DNA of 64,000 nucleotides. Origin: Adineta vaga. Lineage: Eukaryota; Animalia; Rotifera. This document shows, piece after piece, positions 1-13,263 of the stretch. Both the position numbers and the translations under genes were made by a program. The notes under the pieces are model-generated. The model did not search any database, was not told the origin of the DNA, and worked only from the letters and a program-made list of their open reading frames with translations. Each line of letters opens with the position of its first letter. The first letter of the stretch is position 1. The stretch lies in assembly GCA_021613535.1 (NCBI GenBank), contig CP075493.1:14942001-15006000 (forward strand), read 5' to 3'.

Positions 1-548
1 TAGCTTTTACAAGAAGGAAAATTGTCTCAATTTCATTTCAGATTGTTGATATTCTTTTGTTGAAGTATACAGTATGTCTCATCACAATACCAAAGAAGTG
101 TAAATACACCAGGATTTTGATGTTTTAACTCAATACCATCGTTAGAATTGGATGATTAATTAATTAGAGATATTTGCAAACCTACACGATTTTCATCAGA
201 GGCAAAATATCTTGTCAAATTATTGTTTGAATCGAAATTAAAACGAAGGGTGTGGGAGTATGGATGTTTCTTCTTGCATTATTCAATACTAACTTATACA
301 CACTCTCAAAATGAATCGAGAAAGAAAATATTCGAATATGTTGATTAGATATCCTCATGCGTGAACCAATGAATGAAAGCTCGAACAATTAATAAATGTG
401 AAGCAATTGCAATCGTGAACTTTTCATACTTACCAGAAAATTTATTTGAAAAAAGAATTGGTTAGAATCAAAGTAAGACAAACTTCTTTTTAGTAAAGCA
501 GATATGGGTTTCTATATTGAAAAGAAAAGTTGAAGCAAAATATATCGT

Positions 549-2341
549 CTAGTATCCAAATGAAATGCATAAGTCATCAAAAGCAAATTCTGTTCCATTT
601 TCTGCTAGACCACTGACGGGAGTGCCACCTGATGTTGTGAAAATCAATCTATCCAAATTCGTACAACCTCCACATGAGACAGTTGTCGAATTTACTGGGT
701 TTAAAGCAAAGCTTCCACTCAACATATTTACACCCAAACGATAACCATATATAGTCCATATGAGACCTGTTCGCCAACCGGCAGCTATGTTGACTTGATC
801 AAAAGAAAAACTCGTACCATTAGCTGATACTATTTCAACAGCGGCACCTCCTGGATTATAAGCAACATATGATGAAGAAACCTGAGCCATTTTATAACCA
901 CTTGATGGCACTGTTGATGTATTGATATACATAACATTAGTCCAATTGAGATTATTATATCCATTATGCACAACACCTGATGTTGGCATTTGACTAGGAA
1001 TATCATCAAATGTAACACGTGTTGTGCATACTAATACCGAAATAACAAAATTGAAAGAAAAGTTGAATCATAGACCCCCGATAATATGAAACTTACAGGG
1101 TTTTGTTGTAGTCGTTGTAGTAGCAGTTATCGTAGTGAATGTATTAGTAGTAACTGCAATTGAAGTGGATACTGTACCTAAGGGAAAAGAATATGTAAAT
1201 ATGAAAAATAACTAAACATCTCAATGGTATGATCACTCATCATGATTGATTATTATAACATTCGAGTGAAACTTACTAGTACTAGTAGTAAAATTAATTG
1301 AACTAGAACTTGACGGTGAGGGTGTAGTTATTTGAGCCGTATTTCCTAATAAAAGCATGAGCAATAATATGAAATCATCGAAAAAAACAAAGTATGATAC
1401 GAACGTAATATGAGAATTGCTATTAAACTAGCTAGAATACCAAGAAGAAGGAGTGCCAATATACATATAGAAGCTATACAACAACATTGTCTACATGTAC
1501 ATAAACGTGAACAAATTCGATGCCATTTATTTCCCTTTCTACGTACATGAAATAGACAAAAAGAATTTGATACGTAGAAAGAAAGAAAAAAATTTTAAAA
1601 TTCAAACCTTCTAACAGAACTGCTTTGTGTTAAATCGTTCAGTTGACTGAATGTTTTTGATGAAGTGACCTTATAATTGTGACTATCTGTTGAACGTATT
1701 ATTCTCTAAGAAAAAAAAGAGAATATATATATATATATATAAGGGTGAGTGAGTGAAAATGAGTGAAGGTATTAAAGAAACTGAAATATACGTCTTTAAA
1801 ATAATCAAGAACTTTCCGGGCATCATTGGATTTCTCTGCTATAGTAATAAATGTTCTTTCTAATGAAATAACATGTACGTACCGATGGAATTTGAAATGG
1901 AACATTCTTATTTGTACGATGATAGTACTGACGTGGTTCAATCAATCGTTGAAAATTGGTATCACTCGATCCTATAAAAGGTCTTTTATTGAAATTGTGA
2001 GTATTTTTGATCGTTCGTGAATCGATTGAATTGTTTATTGTATTGAATTTCGAATTGGATTCTGTGGAAATTTGTTGATGAATACTTGAATTAATTGTAT
2101 GGTCGGATCGTTTTACATGTTGAATACGAACGTGACTAAGTACATCACTGGTTGGTGTAATAGATGAAAATTTTATTTTGGTCATTTTAGTTGCTTTAGC
2201 TACTTGAAAATGAGTAAACGAAATATCAGGTGATCTCAGAATGAAATAACTTTGGTAGATGAAATGAAACGAATGTGAAAAACCACGCCTTTCATATTCT
2301 TTTGTCTCATTATGAGAGTACGGCTTGAATCGAGGTTCCAT
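549..2341 (-). CDS. Multi-exon type II membrane protein: long N-terminal cytoplasmic region, Cys-rich segment plus TM helix, Thr-rich stalk, C-terminal extracellular domain (RVTFDD...NGYNNLNW...FAFDDL)
   Basis: The ORFs at 1823-2380, ~1790-1840, ~1610-1705, ~1404-1540 (KWHRICSRLCTCRQCCC-IASICILALLLLGILASLIAILIL), the Thr-rich exons and 549-~1030 can be joined through GT-AG introns. I checked phase for the upstream junctions. Start at MEPRFK (2341) is inferred. Confidence 0.65.
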
Positions 2342-3217
2342 ATAAACAAACTCAGTCTGATTATCAACATCACAAAACAAAGAAACCTTATTTAGATTTG
2401 TGTTTTTTAATTAGTATTGTTCTGTTTATGTCAATAGCGTAAGACATTATTTCATGGAGTACAATGTCACAAAAGTTAAGAACAATTTTTTGAAAGCAGA
2501 CGCTTCACAAACATGTTTATAACTTTCGAAAGAAATACGATAGATCTTAGTATACCACGTTGTGGTATGAAGTAATCCGGCATTCCGATAAGATTTATCA
2601 TACTAAATTTTTGTGTATAATTTTAGCAAGACTGATCTCTATATTTATGGTTCGAAGAAGATACCAGCACACCAATGTTCACACCGACACCCTCGCCTAC
2701 TATGAAACTTGGTTTTTTAAACAACGCGAATTTTTTTGCTTTCTTTATATTAACTTTTTTTGTTAGAAAAAATAATACGACGAAAGAAGAAATCTATCGA
2801 GCTCACACACACCCTCCCATCTCCTTGGTTTTTTTTTCTCATAGTAATAAAGTATAACGACTGTATCTGACAAACGTACAGAAAATATTCCCACGTATAC
2901 AATCCATAGGCGTCAACAACATATTTTTCTTCCTTTTTTGCGCAATTAATGTCATTAACGATTACTTTTATCTCGTTAATCACCACAGCTATTGGGTTTT
3001 TAACCATTTTTAATTAAAAAATATATGTCAAAAATTATATTTTTGACAGTGCTCCAGTCCCACCAAGTAATTGCGACACTGGACACTTCTATAGATGAGT
3101 AGATGACAAACGAACGATTGATTAGGATTTAATGATGCATGACTTCAAGTATAAAATGTATACGGTTGTAAAAGGAAATCAGTTGGTTTTGCTCAAAACG
3201 ACAATTCCATTGAAATA

Positions 3218-6190
3218 ATGATTGTCGCTATTTTTGTTACATGGATTGCTGTCTTCATTGCTGCAAATGTACATGCAGAACTAATTATAACAGTAAGTAA
3301 ATTATGTATGTAGAATTGTATTGAAATTATCATAAATATAATTTAGCCTTTCACCGAAGATCCTCGACTGGGATATAGAAAATCAGTACAAACACGTAAG
3401 TTATTCATCATTAGACTGTATTTTTATATTTTATTTCCGTTTTATCTTTAAGCGGGTACAATAGAGGGAGATATAATTCCTTCGCCACGATTAAAGGTAG
3501 TTTATTCAGAATGATTATTTTATTTAAGTTCTTATTTTGTCTTTGCATATAGCGTGGATTGGGACGCAGTGATACAAATGCACGATGGCCAAATGGTATT
3601 GTTCCTTATATGTTTGCGCCAGGATACAGTATGTATCTTGTTGAATTGTGTGAATAGCTATTATATAAAACTTCAAAACAATTCCGAGGAGAATTTTTAT
3701 TCGAAAACTAACTTGCCCTTTTTGTTTATCTTCTAGCAACTGAACAACAAACAGATATTCTTATGCGAATGCGAAAGTTAGAAATTTTAGTAGCCATAAA
3801 TAATGTTCGATGTGTACAATTTCGACCAAGAGTTCCAGAAGACATGTTTTATGTCATAATACAAAATGGCACAGGTTGTCGTGCAACAGTATATAAAATA
3901 TATATCACTCTTTGTTTATTTTCTATAATATTGCTTTTATTCTTTATAGATTGGAAAAACGATAGGATACATAGTTTTAAAATATCCAGATTGTTTTGAT
4001 GATGGAGTAACCTTTCATGAATTATTGCATACATTAGGTAAACAACATACCATTGGTTCATTCATTAAATTATATAAAGAGAACAATCTATAATTCAAGA
4101 AAGGAGTTTTTTCAATATATTGTTTTTGTTTTCAAATAGGTTTTTATCATGAACAATCACGATTTGATCGTAATTCATATGTTCGAGTATATGAACAGAA
4201 TATACAGAATGGTAATGTTACTTTATATTCATATGAAAACTTCTTATCAATATCTTTGTTTTGTTTTTTTGAACTTAGGATCGGAAAGTGATTTTAAGAT
4301 TGTTGGAAATCCAGTCGCTGATACATTTGATACCTTGTACGATTATTCATCCATCATGCACTATGGAACATATGAATTTTCTAAGAACGGTTTGCCCACG
4401 ATTGAGCCAATTCAATCAAATGTTAAAATCGGCCAAAAGACGAATTTAACTTCCGCCGATATTCAACTTGTTCGTAGTTATTATAATTGCTCAGCAACTG
4501 GACCAACATTACCATCAGTTACGATACCGATAAAACCAGGTAAATATTGTTAAGATAGTAGTGATTAGACGATGATCTATCTATTCTTGTATTAATAATA
4601 TGTATATTAGAAAATATTCTTCCTCCTATTTCATTCTAGCATTTGCGGACATGATCACTACAACATATTCAAGTGAATTAACAAACCAAAATCTCAAATA
4701 TGCTCGTAATGGTACTTCGTTGAGTAACTTCTATTATGAAACTATCCAAATAAATATTTCCAAAAATGGTTTATATGTTTTTCAATGCTACAGTAATATC
4801 GACACATTTGCATATATCTATATTCCATCATTTAATCCATTAAATCCGGCTGCCAATTTACGTTATGCACTTGACGATAGTAGTTCAGGGAATTGGCAAT
4901 TTAGCTTCAACATAAATGTTACCACTCCACAAATACTTATTCTAGTTCTTACCACATACAATCCAAATGTGACGGGATCATTTTTTATTGTTGCAAGTGG
5001 ATACTATAGTGTAAATTTTACTCGTATAGACGCTGGCGTTCAATCAACAACAACTCCTGTGACGACCACAACAACTCAACGGCTCCGATGACCACAACAA
5101 CAGCTAGTAGTAAGACAACTATAAGACGATGATTCATGAGAAATATTTTGATTATTTATTCTTAGATGTATTCAATGTTGGTCGTTGGTCAGTAACAGGT
5201 TCACTTGCCATAGGCCGTATCACACATACATCAACTCTTCTTTTTGATGGCCGTGTAATAACTATAGGAGGTAATGAAGGTGGTAGTTCTGCGGAATTTT
5301 ATAGTCCAGCAACAGGAACTTGGACTCAAGGCCCATCAATGATTGATGCTCGATCATATCATACTGCAACTCTTCTACCAGATGGTCGATTATTTGTTAC
5401 TGGTGGTTGGTACTATAATACAAATATTAAAAGTGCTGAAATTTACAGTCCTGCTACGAATAGTTGGACAGCCGTTGGTAATATGAACTTTGGTCGATAT
5501 GGACATCAAGCGATCTATTTACCAGCACCAATAAATAAAATTTTGGTAATGGGTGGATATGGGACCTCTTATTCTATTTTACAAACATGTGAATTATATG
5601 ATTTTGCTACAAATCAGTGGACCATTACTACGCCTATGATTAATGGACGAACATATTTCACAGCAACTTATCTACCATCGTTGGGTAAAGTAGTAGCCAT
5701 TGGAGGTAGTTTTCCAGATAAATCGGCAGAAATGTTTACACCCTCAACGTTACAGTGGACTCGAAGTATAAATACCATGGATTGGAGACAGGAACATACA
5801 GCTACATTACTGCCAAATGGACAAGTGTTAGTTGCTGGCGGTTCTGGATATATCAAAACGGTATATTTATTTAATCCAACAACAAATTCATTTCTTTCTG
5901 CAGCAAATACTACTGATATACGAACAGATGCTAGTGCAACGTTATTGCCATCAGGTTTAGTTCTCATCACTGGTGGATATGACAGCACCAATACAATTTA
6001 TCGTTCGGCTGAAGTCTACGATTATAATCTTGATAAATGGCGTCCTGTAGCGAGTCTGAACAGAAGTCGTTTTCGTCACAAATCTCTTTTGTTATCAAGT
6101 TCTTCTTCACAATCCTCAACAGTACTTGTAGTTGGAGGACAGAAAGAAATGAGTATGTCCTTAACAAGTTGCGAACTATATTCTATTTAA
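3218..6190 (+). CDS. Secreted astacin (M12A) metalloprotease + PPC-like domain + Thr linker + Kelch-repeat propeller; apparent 1-nt frameshift at ~5077
   Basis: Signal peptide MIVAIFVTWIAVFIAANVHA; WPNGIVPY; HELLHTLG|FYHEQSR zinc motif split by an intron; SIMHY Met-turn; Kelch repeats (R.YHTATLLPDG.V...GG) in 5166-6190. TGA at 5089 precedes a phase-compatible intron 5110-5165. Confidence 0.8.
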
Positions 6191-6333
6191 CACTTGATTT
6201 TCAAAGTTTTTCTCATTTTTATTCAAGAAATTTCTATTTTTTTTCGAAAATAAATAAATAAAGACAATATCTTTCAGTTAATTAGTAAAAAATGTCTTTG
6301 TATTAGTCAATTAAATAGCTACTGACGGAATGC

Positions 6334-7478
6334 TTAATATCTTTCACATAAACAGATATGACGATAATCAGCACCAGCATCATGAACATCACGACCATAA
6401 TTAAGATAAAGTGCTAGAAAATAACAACTACAAGTAGCACCATCACGTTTGATGAAAAATTTGTAACGTTCATGACGCCAAAGATTCCATTCATTATTAT
6501 CCCATTCTTCATATTTGTATAACCAATCCCATAGAGGTGGATCATTAGAACATTTCCAATCACGACACTTGTGACATTTTGCACAAGGGCGACCTTCACA
6601 AAAGAGTTTGATGCCTTCGGCAGGTTCAGCAAATTCTTGATCTTCTAAAATGAGGACATAATATCTTCACGATGGCAGATTGTTTGTTCTTACCTGAATT
6701 CGATTTGCCGAATTTATGTGCTATAGAATTCGCAATTGTAGGTTTTGAATTTCTCTGTTCCTTGGATTCATCTTTGACAAAATTCCTCTCATCTTCATCT
6801 TTATCATTTGTCTCAATTTCTTGCAAACGTATTGTATGCCAATCACCATGATCACGTGATTGTTCTGATACAACTTGAAATGTTGCACCCGGCATAAATA
6901 TAACCTCTTCTATGCTTTCACAACATGTGTATTCTGAAATAGATTTCCCAGTTAAACATCGAATTTCAAATAGAGTTTTCTGAGAAGCCTCGCTCAGAAA
7001 TGACGAAATGACACTAATGGATGTTGTACCTGAAGTAATACTACACCAAGTTATTTTTTTACCTATCCCAAATGAGCGAACATCTTTATCAACTCCACAC
7101 CAGACTTTACATTTAACATTTGGTAATTTAGATACTGCAGAGTTCAATAATTTTAAATATGCAAACCAAGGCCGAACTCGAGATCGATCATCGTCGCGTA
7201 AGATCTTTTAATATGCGACATACAGGAGCCTTCTTTGCTATTTTCATGGTATAGAGATATATAGCAGCAGCTTCGTCTTTTGTCAATTTGTGTTTCTTCA
7301 AAGATGGACAGTGTTTCTTTGCATATTTAGCATATTTATTAATTTCAGGTATTAAGTATTGTAGATCTATTACAGCCTTTTCAATTGGTAATAACTTCCC
7401 TTTCTTGTATTCGAGAGGTGTGGGTGAATATTTATGAACCAAATCAATATCTACGAAACGCTTTTTGGATGAATTCAT
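6334..7478 (-). pseudogene. ADP-ribosyltransferase-like (ART, R-S-E clade) gene with C-terminal Cys-rich domain; frameshifted
   Basis: EAAAIYLYT...(frameshift ~7203)...LRDDDRSRVRPWFAYLKLLNSAVSKLP...VWCG (catalytic Arg appears as Cys)...SITS...EEVIF. Intron ~6645-6693, then terminal exon CEGRPCAKCHKCRDW...CLCERY*. Confidence 0.75.
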
Positions 7479-8636
7479 TGATTGATAGTTCGCGTTCAGG
7501 CAATCACTTTCTTATATGAAAGAAAAGAACAAAGTTAGAGAATGAAAATCTTTGTTATTTTACTTTTCAACATATACTCACATATATATATATATCTACT
7601 AATTTGAATAAGCGCTTTTTGTTGAAGAATGAAGTTCGTTCGTACTTGTAAAAAGTGCACAGTTTACATGTTGCTCAAACAAAAGTAACCGACAAGGGCA
7701 TTGTTTTTTGTTCGATCCTTTCTTCAAATTTTTTAATTTTTTAATCGAAAAACAAAGCTGCTTTGCTATCGTTAACATTTAAACAGCAGTGAAATAGTTT
7801 TTGTTAAGAAAAAGCACATGTACACTAGATGGCAAACAGAATTTAGATTCATTTTGCAGAATATCTGAAAAGAAAAACATTACAGCTTAAACAATTACAA
7901 CTACAATGTCATATAAATGTTAGGCGATTGCTCATTGAAATTGAAAAAAACTTTTATTATTTCGATTGATTTTCTCTATAGATCTAACAATCGCAAGAAC
8001 ATTGTGTAGGTATTAACTAAAAGTCTTCTTTTTTTGCACTTGATCATCAATAGTTTGGTTTTAGTTTTTTTCATAATGAAAAAATACATCGTTTTATCTT
8101 AAAGCACGGAAAAAGTTTGTTTAAGTTTCAAAATAATGCATTCAAAATGGCAATTTGCTATCATATTTATTGACAAATGTAGCACAATTATCATTAATCC
8201 AATTATATTCATTTTCTGACCAGTTCATTGCTACACATTATATGCAGTGTGTAACGATTGATTACCTATTTGTCGACCATTTTCTTCACATAGATATGTA
8301 GCATAACAAAAACATTGATGATCTACTGCTGCATGCTCACTTCTCTTTTCTTTTTCGACTGTTCATCGTTGCTTGCCATGTACTTCACATTCTACGTATA
8401 AGTATACAATCGCGTAAACACACACCCCATTTGCGGCCAACATCAGAACCGAATGAAGAACCAGATCCACTCATTAGGGTGTGGGTGTGTTATATAACTC
8501 TTCTTCAGCATACATCGATACCCTTAGAAAAAATACAAGATTGCTAGGGTTATTGATCCGCGCAAAAGTAAGAGTCTTTACGCCGTCTCTACACACGGAG
8601 CGAAGCACACAATAGTAGTTTTGCAAATTAAAATGT

Positions 8637-9488
8637 TTAAAACATTATATGAAGATGTTCTTCTACTGGTTGATATCCAATATTTTGATAAATTTTGTTT
8701 GAAACAGGATTTGATTTATCAGTAAATAGAGCACAATGTTTCTGTCGAGTATCAATCAGTAATTTTGTTAGTTTGTGAACACTAGTCGTTGCAAATCCAT
8801 TGCCTCGTAATTCTAATGGTGTATAAACCCAACTAAGAATAGCAAAATTATCTGTTTCACGTACTACAGCAACCATAGTGACGGGTTGTTGATTTTCATT
8901 TCGCATCAACTTGTAAAGAGCTTTCTTTTCAATTTTATCTTTTATGATAATTTGTATTTCTTCATCCGAACTTACAGAAGTTAAACCGACATCGATCTGA
9001 AAATTTCTTAGCCATATTGAAAGAAAAGGAAGGTCTCGAATAGTTGCCAATAATAGTTCACTATTTGAAACTAATTCAATATCTCGAAGGTTATTCAAAA
9101 TATTTATAAACAGAGTTGTTGATTTCCTAACCGATTTCTGGTAAACTTCTATAAATGTACTAACTGCTGTAATTTCACCGGATAAATCTTGTAAATCTAT
9201 TTGATGATGATTAAAATATGTTGCAAGTGTCTTAATAGCAGCATTCGATTGTGTGTTGCATGTCGCTAAGATAGTTTTATTATGTCTTGTAACAGCACAT
9301 GAGATAATCGTACCATTTTGATCAATTGTAGAAAGGAGAATAAATTCTTTCGGATCAATTGATTTGTTAAGATATTGATTACATATTCCAAGAATAACAT
9401 TATTTTCACATTCTCTTTGCATAAGGATAGATTTACAATCAGCCACAAATGCATTCATACTATCATATCGTTTAATTTCGTTAGACAT
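8637..9488 (-). CDS. GNAT-family acetyltransferase, bacterial-like, intronless
   Basis: 283 aa ORF with VYTPLELRGNGFA (acetyl-CoA motif A) and LFTDKSNPVSNKIYQNIGY, typical of bacterial ~280 aa GNATs. Confidence 0.85.
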   Translation of the reverse strand: MSNEIKRYDSMNAFVADCKSILMQRECENNVILGICNQYLNKSIDPKEFILLSTIDQNGTIISCAVTRHNKTILATCNTQSNAAIKTLATYFNHHQIDLQDLSGEITAVSTFIEVYQKSVRKSTTLFINILNNLRDIELVSNSELLLATIRDLPFLSIWLRNFQIDVGLTSVSSDEEIQIIIKDKIEKKALYKLMRNENQQPVTMVAVVRETDNFAILSWVYTPLELRGNGFATTSVHKLTKLLIDTRQKHCALFTDKSNPVSNKIYQNIGYQPVEEHLHIMF

Positions 9489-9987
9489 TTTCTTTTGTAT
9501 AATCTAAAACGAAATAATACTGTTAAAAAACAGCCTTTTATTTACTAGATTCTCTCTGACAACACAACACTCAACATACTTTTCAAACGATAAATTTAAC
9601 TATCATCAAGTTGAAGCAAAAAGAAGTAAAAAAACTTAAATAGAGAACTGCTAGTAATGTAAAGCAAAGAGATAATGAAGTGTTTGATCATATTTCTAAA
9701 GGCAGATTTTATCTTTGTCACACAGAATTGAAGGTTTCTTTATGTATCATCTCATCAATCTCAAAAGTGTTTTCAATTTGCAAATACACAATCCAGTACA
9801 TGATGATTGTCGATCGAAGATTAAACGTTGAAATGAACTTCATTACGATTGATTTTCATTTTAATGTTCTTCTGATAGATGAACTCGACAATATTAATTT
9901 CTTAACTAAGATTTCGAGTGAATAAGAATGATTTTGATCAAAACTCTCACTGTCAATAACTTTAAACATTAATTAGAAATGAATACA

Positions 9988-11123
9988 TTAATCTCTTTTC
10001 GACGGTCTTATTACATTGTCAGTCGTGACCATATTCGTTCGTCGTTGGCATCGGAACAGATTTGCTAATTCTCGACGAAACAAAGGACTTGATAATGTAA
10101 ATAAATAAAAACTCGTACATGCTGCTGTGATTGATAATAAACCACTGATATTAATAAATAAAATGTCTTTCGCAGTCTGTAGTGCATCTGATATTACATT
10201 GATTCTCACAGCTACATATAAGTATGAAACCGAGATAGGTGTTGATAACAAACCAAAATAAAGACATTGAGCAAGCATCATTCGAGTCAATTGTCGATCC
10301 GTTGTTTTTCGATGTGCCAATCGATTTTGTATAGGTGCAACACATTCATTTGAAGTTTGTAGTTGGATATTATCTGTCCGTGCTCTTCTCACTACTTGTT
10401 GAACATGTCGAATAGTGAGTAAGCCAAAAATGAGCATGAATAGCGATGGACCCAAACTGAATATCAATAAATTCCAAATCCCATTAAAAAGTGGATAAGT
10501 GGTTTGAGCTCCAGGACATTTGAAATTTGTTTGAATGTTTTCAAATTGAATTGGAACATAAAGATAAAACAGTCCAACAACTACAATGACAAACAGAATG
10601 GCACGATAGGTCATACGAAGATTACTCCATTCTCGCACATTTCTAGATGTTGAACTGCATAGAAATCTGTAAGAAGTAAAAAGAATATTTTTCAAAATAC
10701 GAAAAGATATTTACCGATCGATTGACGCGAGAACAATAAACCAAGATGTATTACATCTAAAATAAAACTAATACAAAAATCTTTTCTACAAAGATCAAAT
10801 TTTTACCTGAAACAATAGGCAATAAACGTAAGTATTTTACATGACGCGGTAGAATATCCAAATGGATTGTAATTAGGATAAATACTTTGAAGAAGACGAA
10901 GTAAAGTATTGACATAAGTACAAAAGATTCCACCAATAGTTGCTGCTAAAAAGTAACGAGCACATGGATTTGAACGTAGAGTTGGACGTGTGAATACATA
11001 AACATTCAATACATGACCAACAGTCCCAAGTACGATCAATAAATATGACCAGACTTGATAAAAAATAAGATTCGCATTGATTAATGCATCGATTTCAGTA
11101 CGACTCACATTTGATAAGGACAT
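9988..11123 (-). CDS. Rhodopsin-like (class A) GPCR, tandem copy 1 (3 exons)
   Basis: 7TM pattern. Exon 1 ~10806-11123, micro-exon ~10715-10757 (CNTSWFIVLASIDR), exon 3 ending FYLFTLSSPLFRREL. Confidence 0.85.
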
Positions 11124-11576
11124 TTTCTAATTCAACAACAATCAGATAACTAAAGAATAAAGTCAAGAATTTTTTCTATTCTTTATTAGTGAAATCTATT
11201 GTAACAAACATTACACAGAAATTTTGTTGTTTATATGAATACATATACTTATCAAGTAATTATGTATATACGTCACTTCGACATCTCTCTCTTTCTGACC
11301 TTTTTAATGAGAACATAGATGAAAAGCTTTCATAATTAAAATGCATTTTTATATTAAATCAAGCCAATAATATAATTGAAGTGTTTCATTACTTCGACGA
11401 AGAAAATACTTCGTTGGAATGTATAAATTAAATCCCATCTAAAAGATAATTATAAACTGTTAAAAATATTTATTAGTCGACATGCTTTTCTTGTAATAAT
11501 TATTCAGAATTTGATACCCATATAATTGAAAAAGAAAAATTGAAAATGAAATTTAATCTTAATGAAGATTGCCGCC

Positions 11577-11638
11577 ATCTTGAGAGTGGGTGTGGGTGAG
11601 TGTTTTTGTTAATCCACAATCATCATCACTCCCAAGAT
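11577..11638. repeat. Short palindromic element with telomere-like arms
   Basis: ATCTTGAGAGTGGGTGTGGGTG ... CATCATCACTCCCAAGAT inverted arms. Confidence 0.7.
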
Positions 11639-11703
11639 TAAACTTTTTTTTTCAAATAGATAAATCAATTTCTAAAATAACAACAAAGTTATGAATATGT
11701 TTG

Positions 11704-12521
11704 TTATTAATTCGCATTGTTTTGCTGTTGTTCACTATTTGGAATACGTTTACGAAGGTCAGAATATGTGTTTTCAATAGATTCCTTCAATATTATATCT
11801 TGTGTATCAAAGCTTTGAGTAACCTTTAAAAAAGGAAAAGAAACATGCCAAATAGAAATATATATTCGAAAATATGTTTACCATTCCATATAGGTTATTT
11901 AGTTTGTCAAGACGCTCAAGAATTTCATTGGTAAGGTCATTAACAGTATAGACATGCGATCATCGTTGATCGTCGGATCGACGACCGGCACGGATGAGCC
12001 AACTTGTTCTGTAGGTAATGGTACGATATCTTGTGTAATGTCATCCAACGAATCTGCTATATCGTCTAAATTAGAAGATGTTCAAATAGTAGATTGGCAA
12101 AAATGTTTTCTTCTCGTTTAAAAACACCCATACACGCTCACATTTCCTTTTTAAAGCGAAGAACGAGCGAATATTTACCAGAATTTTTTGGACTTGTCGA
12201 TGATTCAGATGGAAACGCTTCAAATATTGTATTTTCATTTGCTTGAATAGGTGTAAATCCGTGATTCTCTGCTTCATTCACTTCTATCCATGGTGTATCC
12301 GATTGTCTGATGAAACAAATGGATAAAAACGATCTCTTTTTTCATTCTAATTATTACATTTTTTCTATTGATTGTTGACGAAACTTCAATGAAATACTAT
12401 TTTTCCGTGACAACTGACGGTTTTGTAAACCTAAATTATTAACTGGTGTATCGATGGTTGAATGTTCAAGAACATCGTTTTCATTACGAAATGAACTAGC
12501 CCTTTCATTTGAAATCGTATC
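11704..12521 (-). pseudogene. Duplicated 3' fragment of the WDR62/MAPKBP1-like pseudogene
   Basis: Near-identical to ~20940-21760. Homology stops abruptly at ~12521, where Penelope-like sequence begins. Confidence 0.85.
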
Positions 12522-13049
12522 GGCACTAGGTCAATTCGTCGCATGGATAATTAGCCGGATATCCATTCAGTTCGCTGATAAATTCAATAAATTCAAATTC
12601 TTCATGCAACTGTTTATATGAAGAACATATTCTAATTGCCCTATAAACCATACTACTTATGGTGCTGATTTTATATGAGTGTGGTACGTATGATTTCCAT
12701 TTAGTTAATAATCCTGTATATGTTGGTTTTCTGTATATTGTTGTAGAGAATGAATTTAATATATGATATGAACTTCTATCAATGGTACAATGATAGAAAT
12801 CTTTGGTATTAGATGTTTTAATTTTCGATGAACAATTATACGTATTATATGTTCTGGTGCTATGGTTATTATTAAATTCAATAGATGAAATACTGGATAG
12901 TTTATTATTTGACAAAGTGTTAAATTTATTCAATGATTTTGTTTCAATGTGACTTATTGTTGACTCATTTCCATTTATGTTTGTGTTGTGTTGCTATATC
13001 AGTATTACTTGTATTTAAATCTGATAGCTTATTTGATCGATCAACTGTT

Positions 13050-13263
13050 CCCTGGTCGACAGATCCCGTCGGAACCAGAACATTCCGGCAATTTCATGGA
13101 AGCAGGATTCCGAACCAGATATTTTCGGATTTTTCCGCTCGCTTCTGACTAACTTTCAGTCGTTTTCAGACAATTCCGACTGGAACTGTCTGGAATATCC
13201 TCGGAAAGGAGTGATTTCCGACAGGTTCCGTGCGGATCCGTAGCCGGGAAACATCGTCCTGGG
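13050..13263. mobile_element. 214 bp MITE (CCC...GGG ends, 2-bp TT TSD; CMC/EnSpm-like) nested in the Penelope element
   Basis: TT|CCCTGGTCGA...TCGTCCTGGG|TT. GC-rich island with internal TTCCG/CGGAA repeats. Excision restores the Asn-rich frame (NA|TVDRSNKL). Confidence 0.8.

Noticed and set aside
5668-5991. Antisense/alternate-frame ORFs from the track (e.g. 5668-5991, 13440-13652, 13689-13973, 43349-43717, 45030-45245, 28958-29233)
   Set aside because: Shadow frames of real genes or repeats, with no motifs of their own.
12305-12325. CTGATGAAAC hammerhead-like words (also ~21545)
   Set aside because: No stem II between the core strands; antisense to WDR62-like exon sequence.
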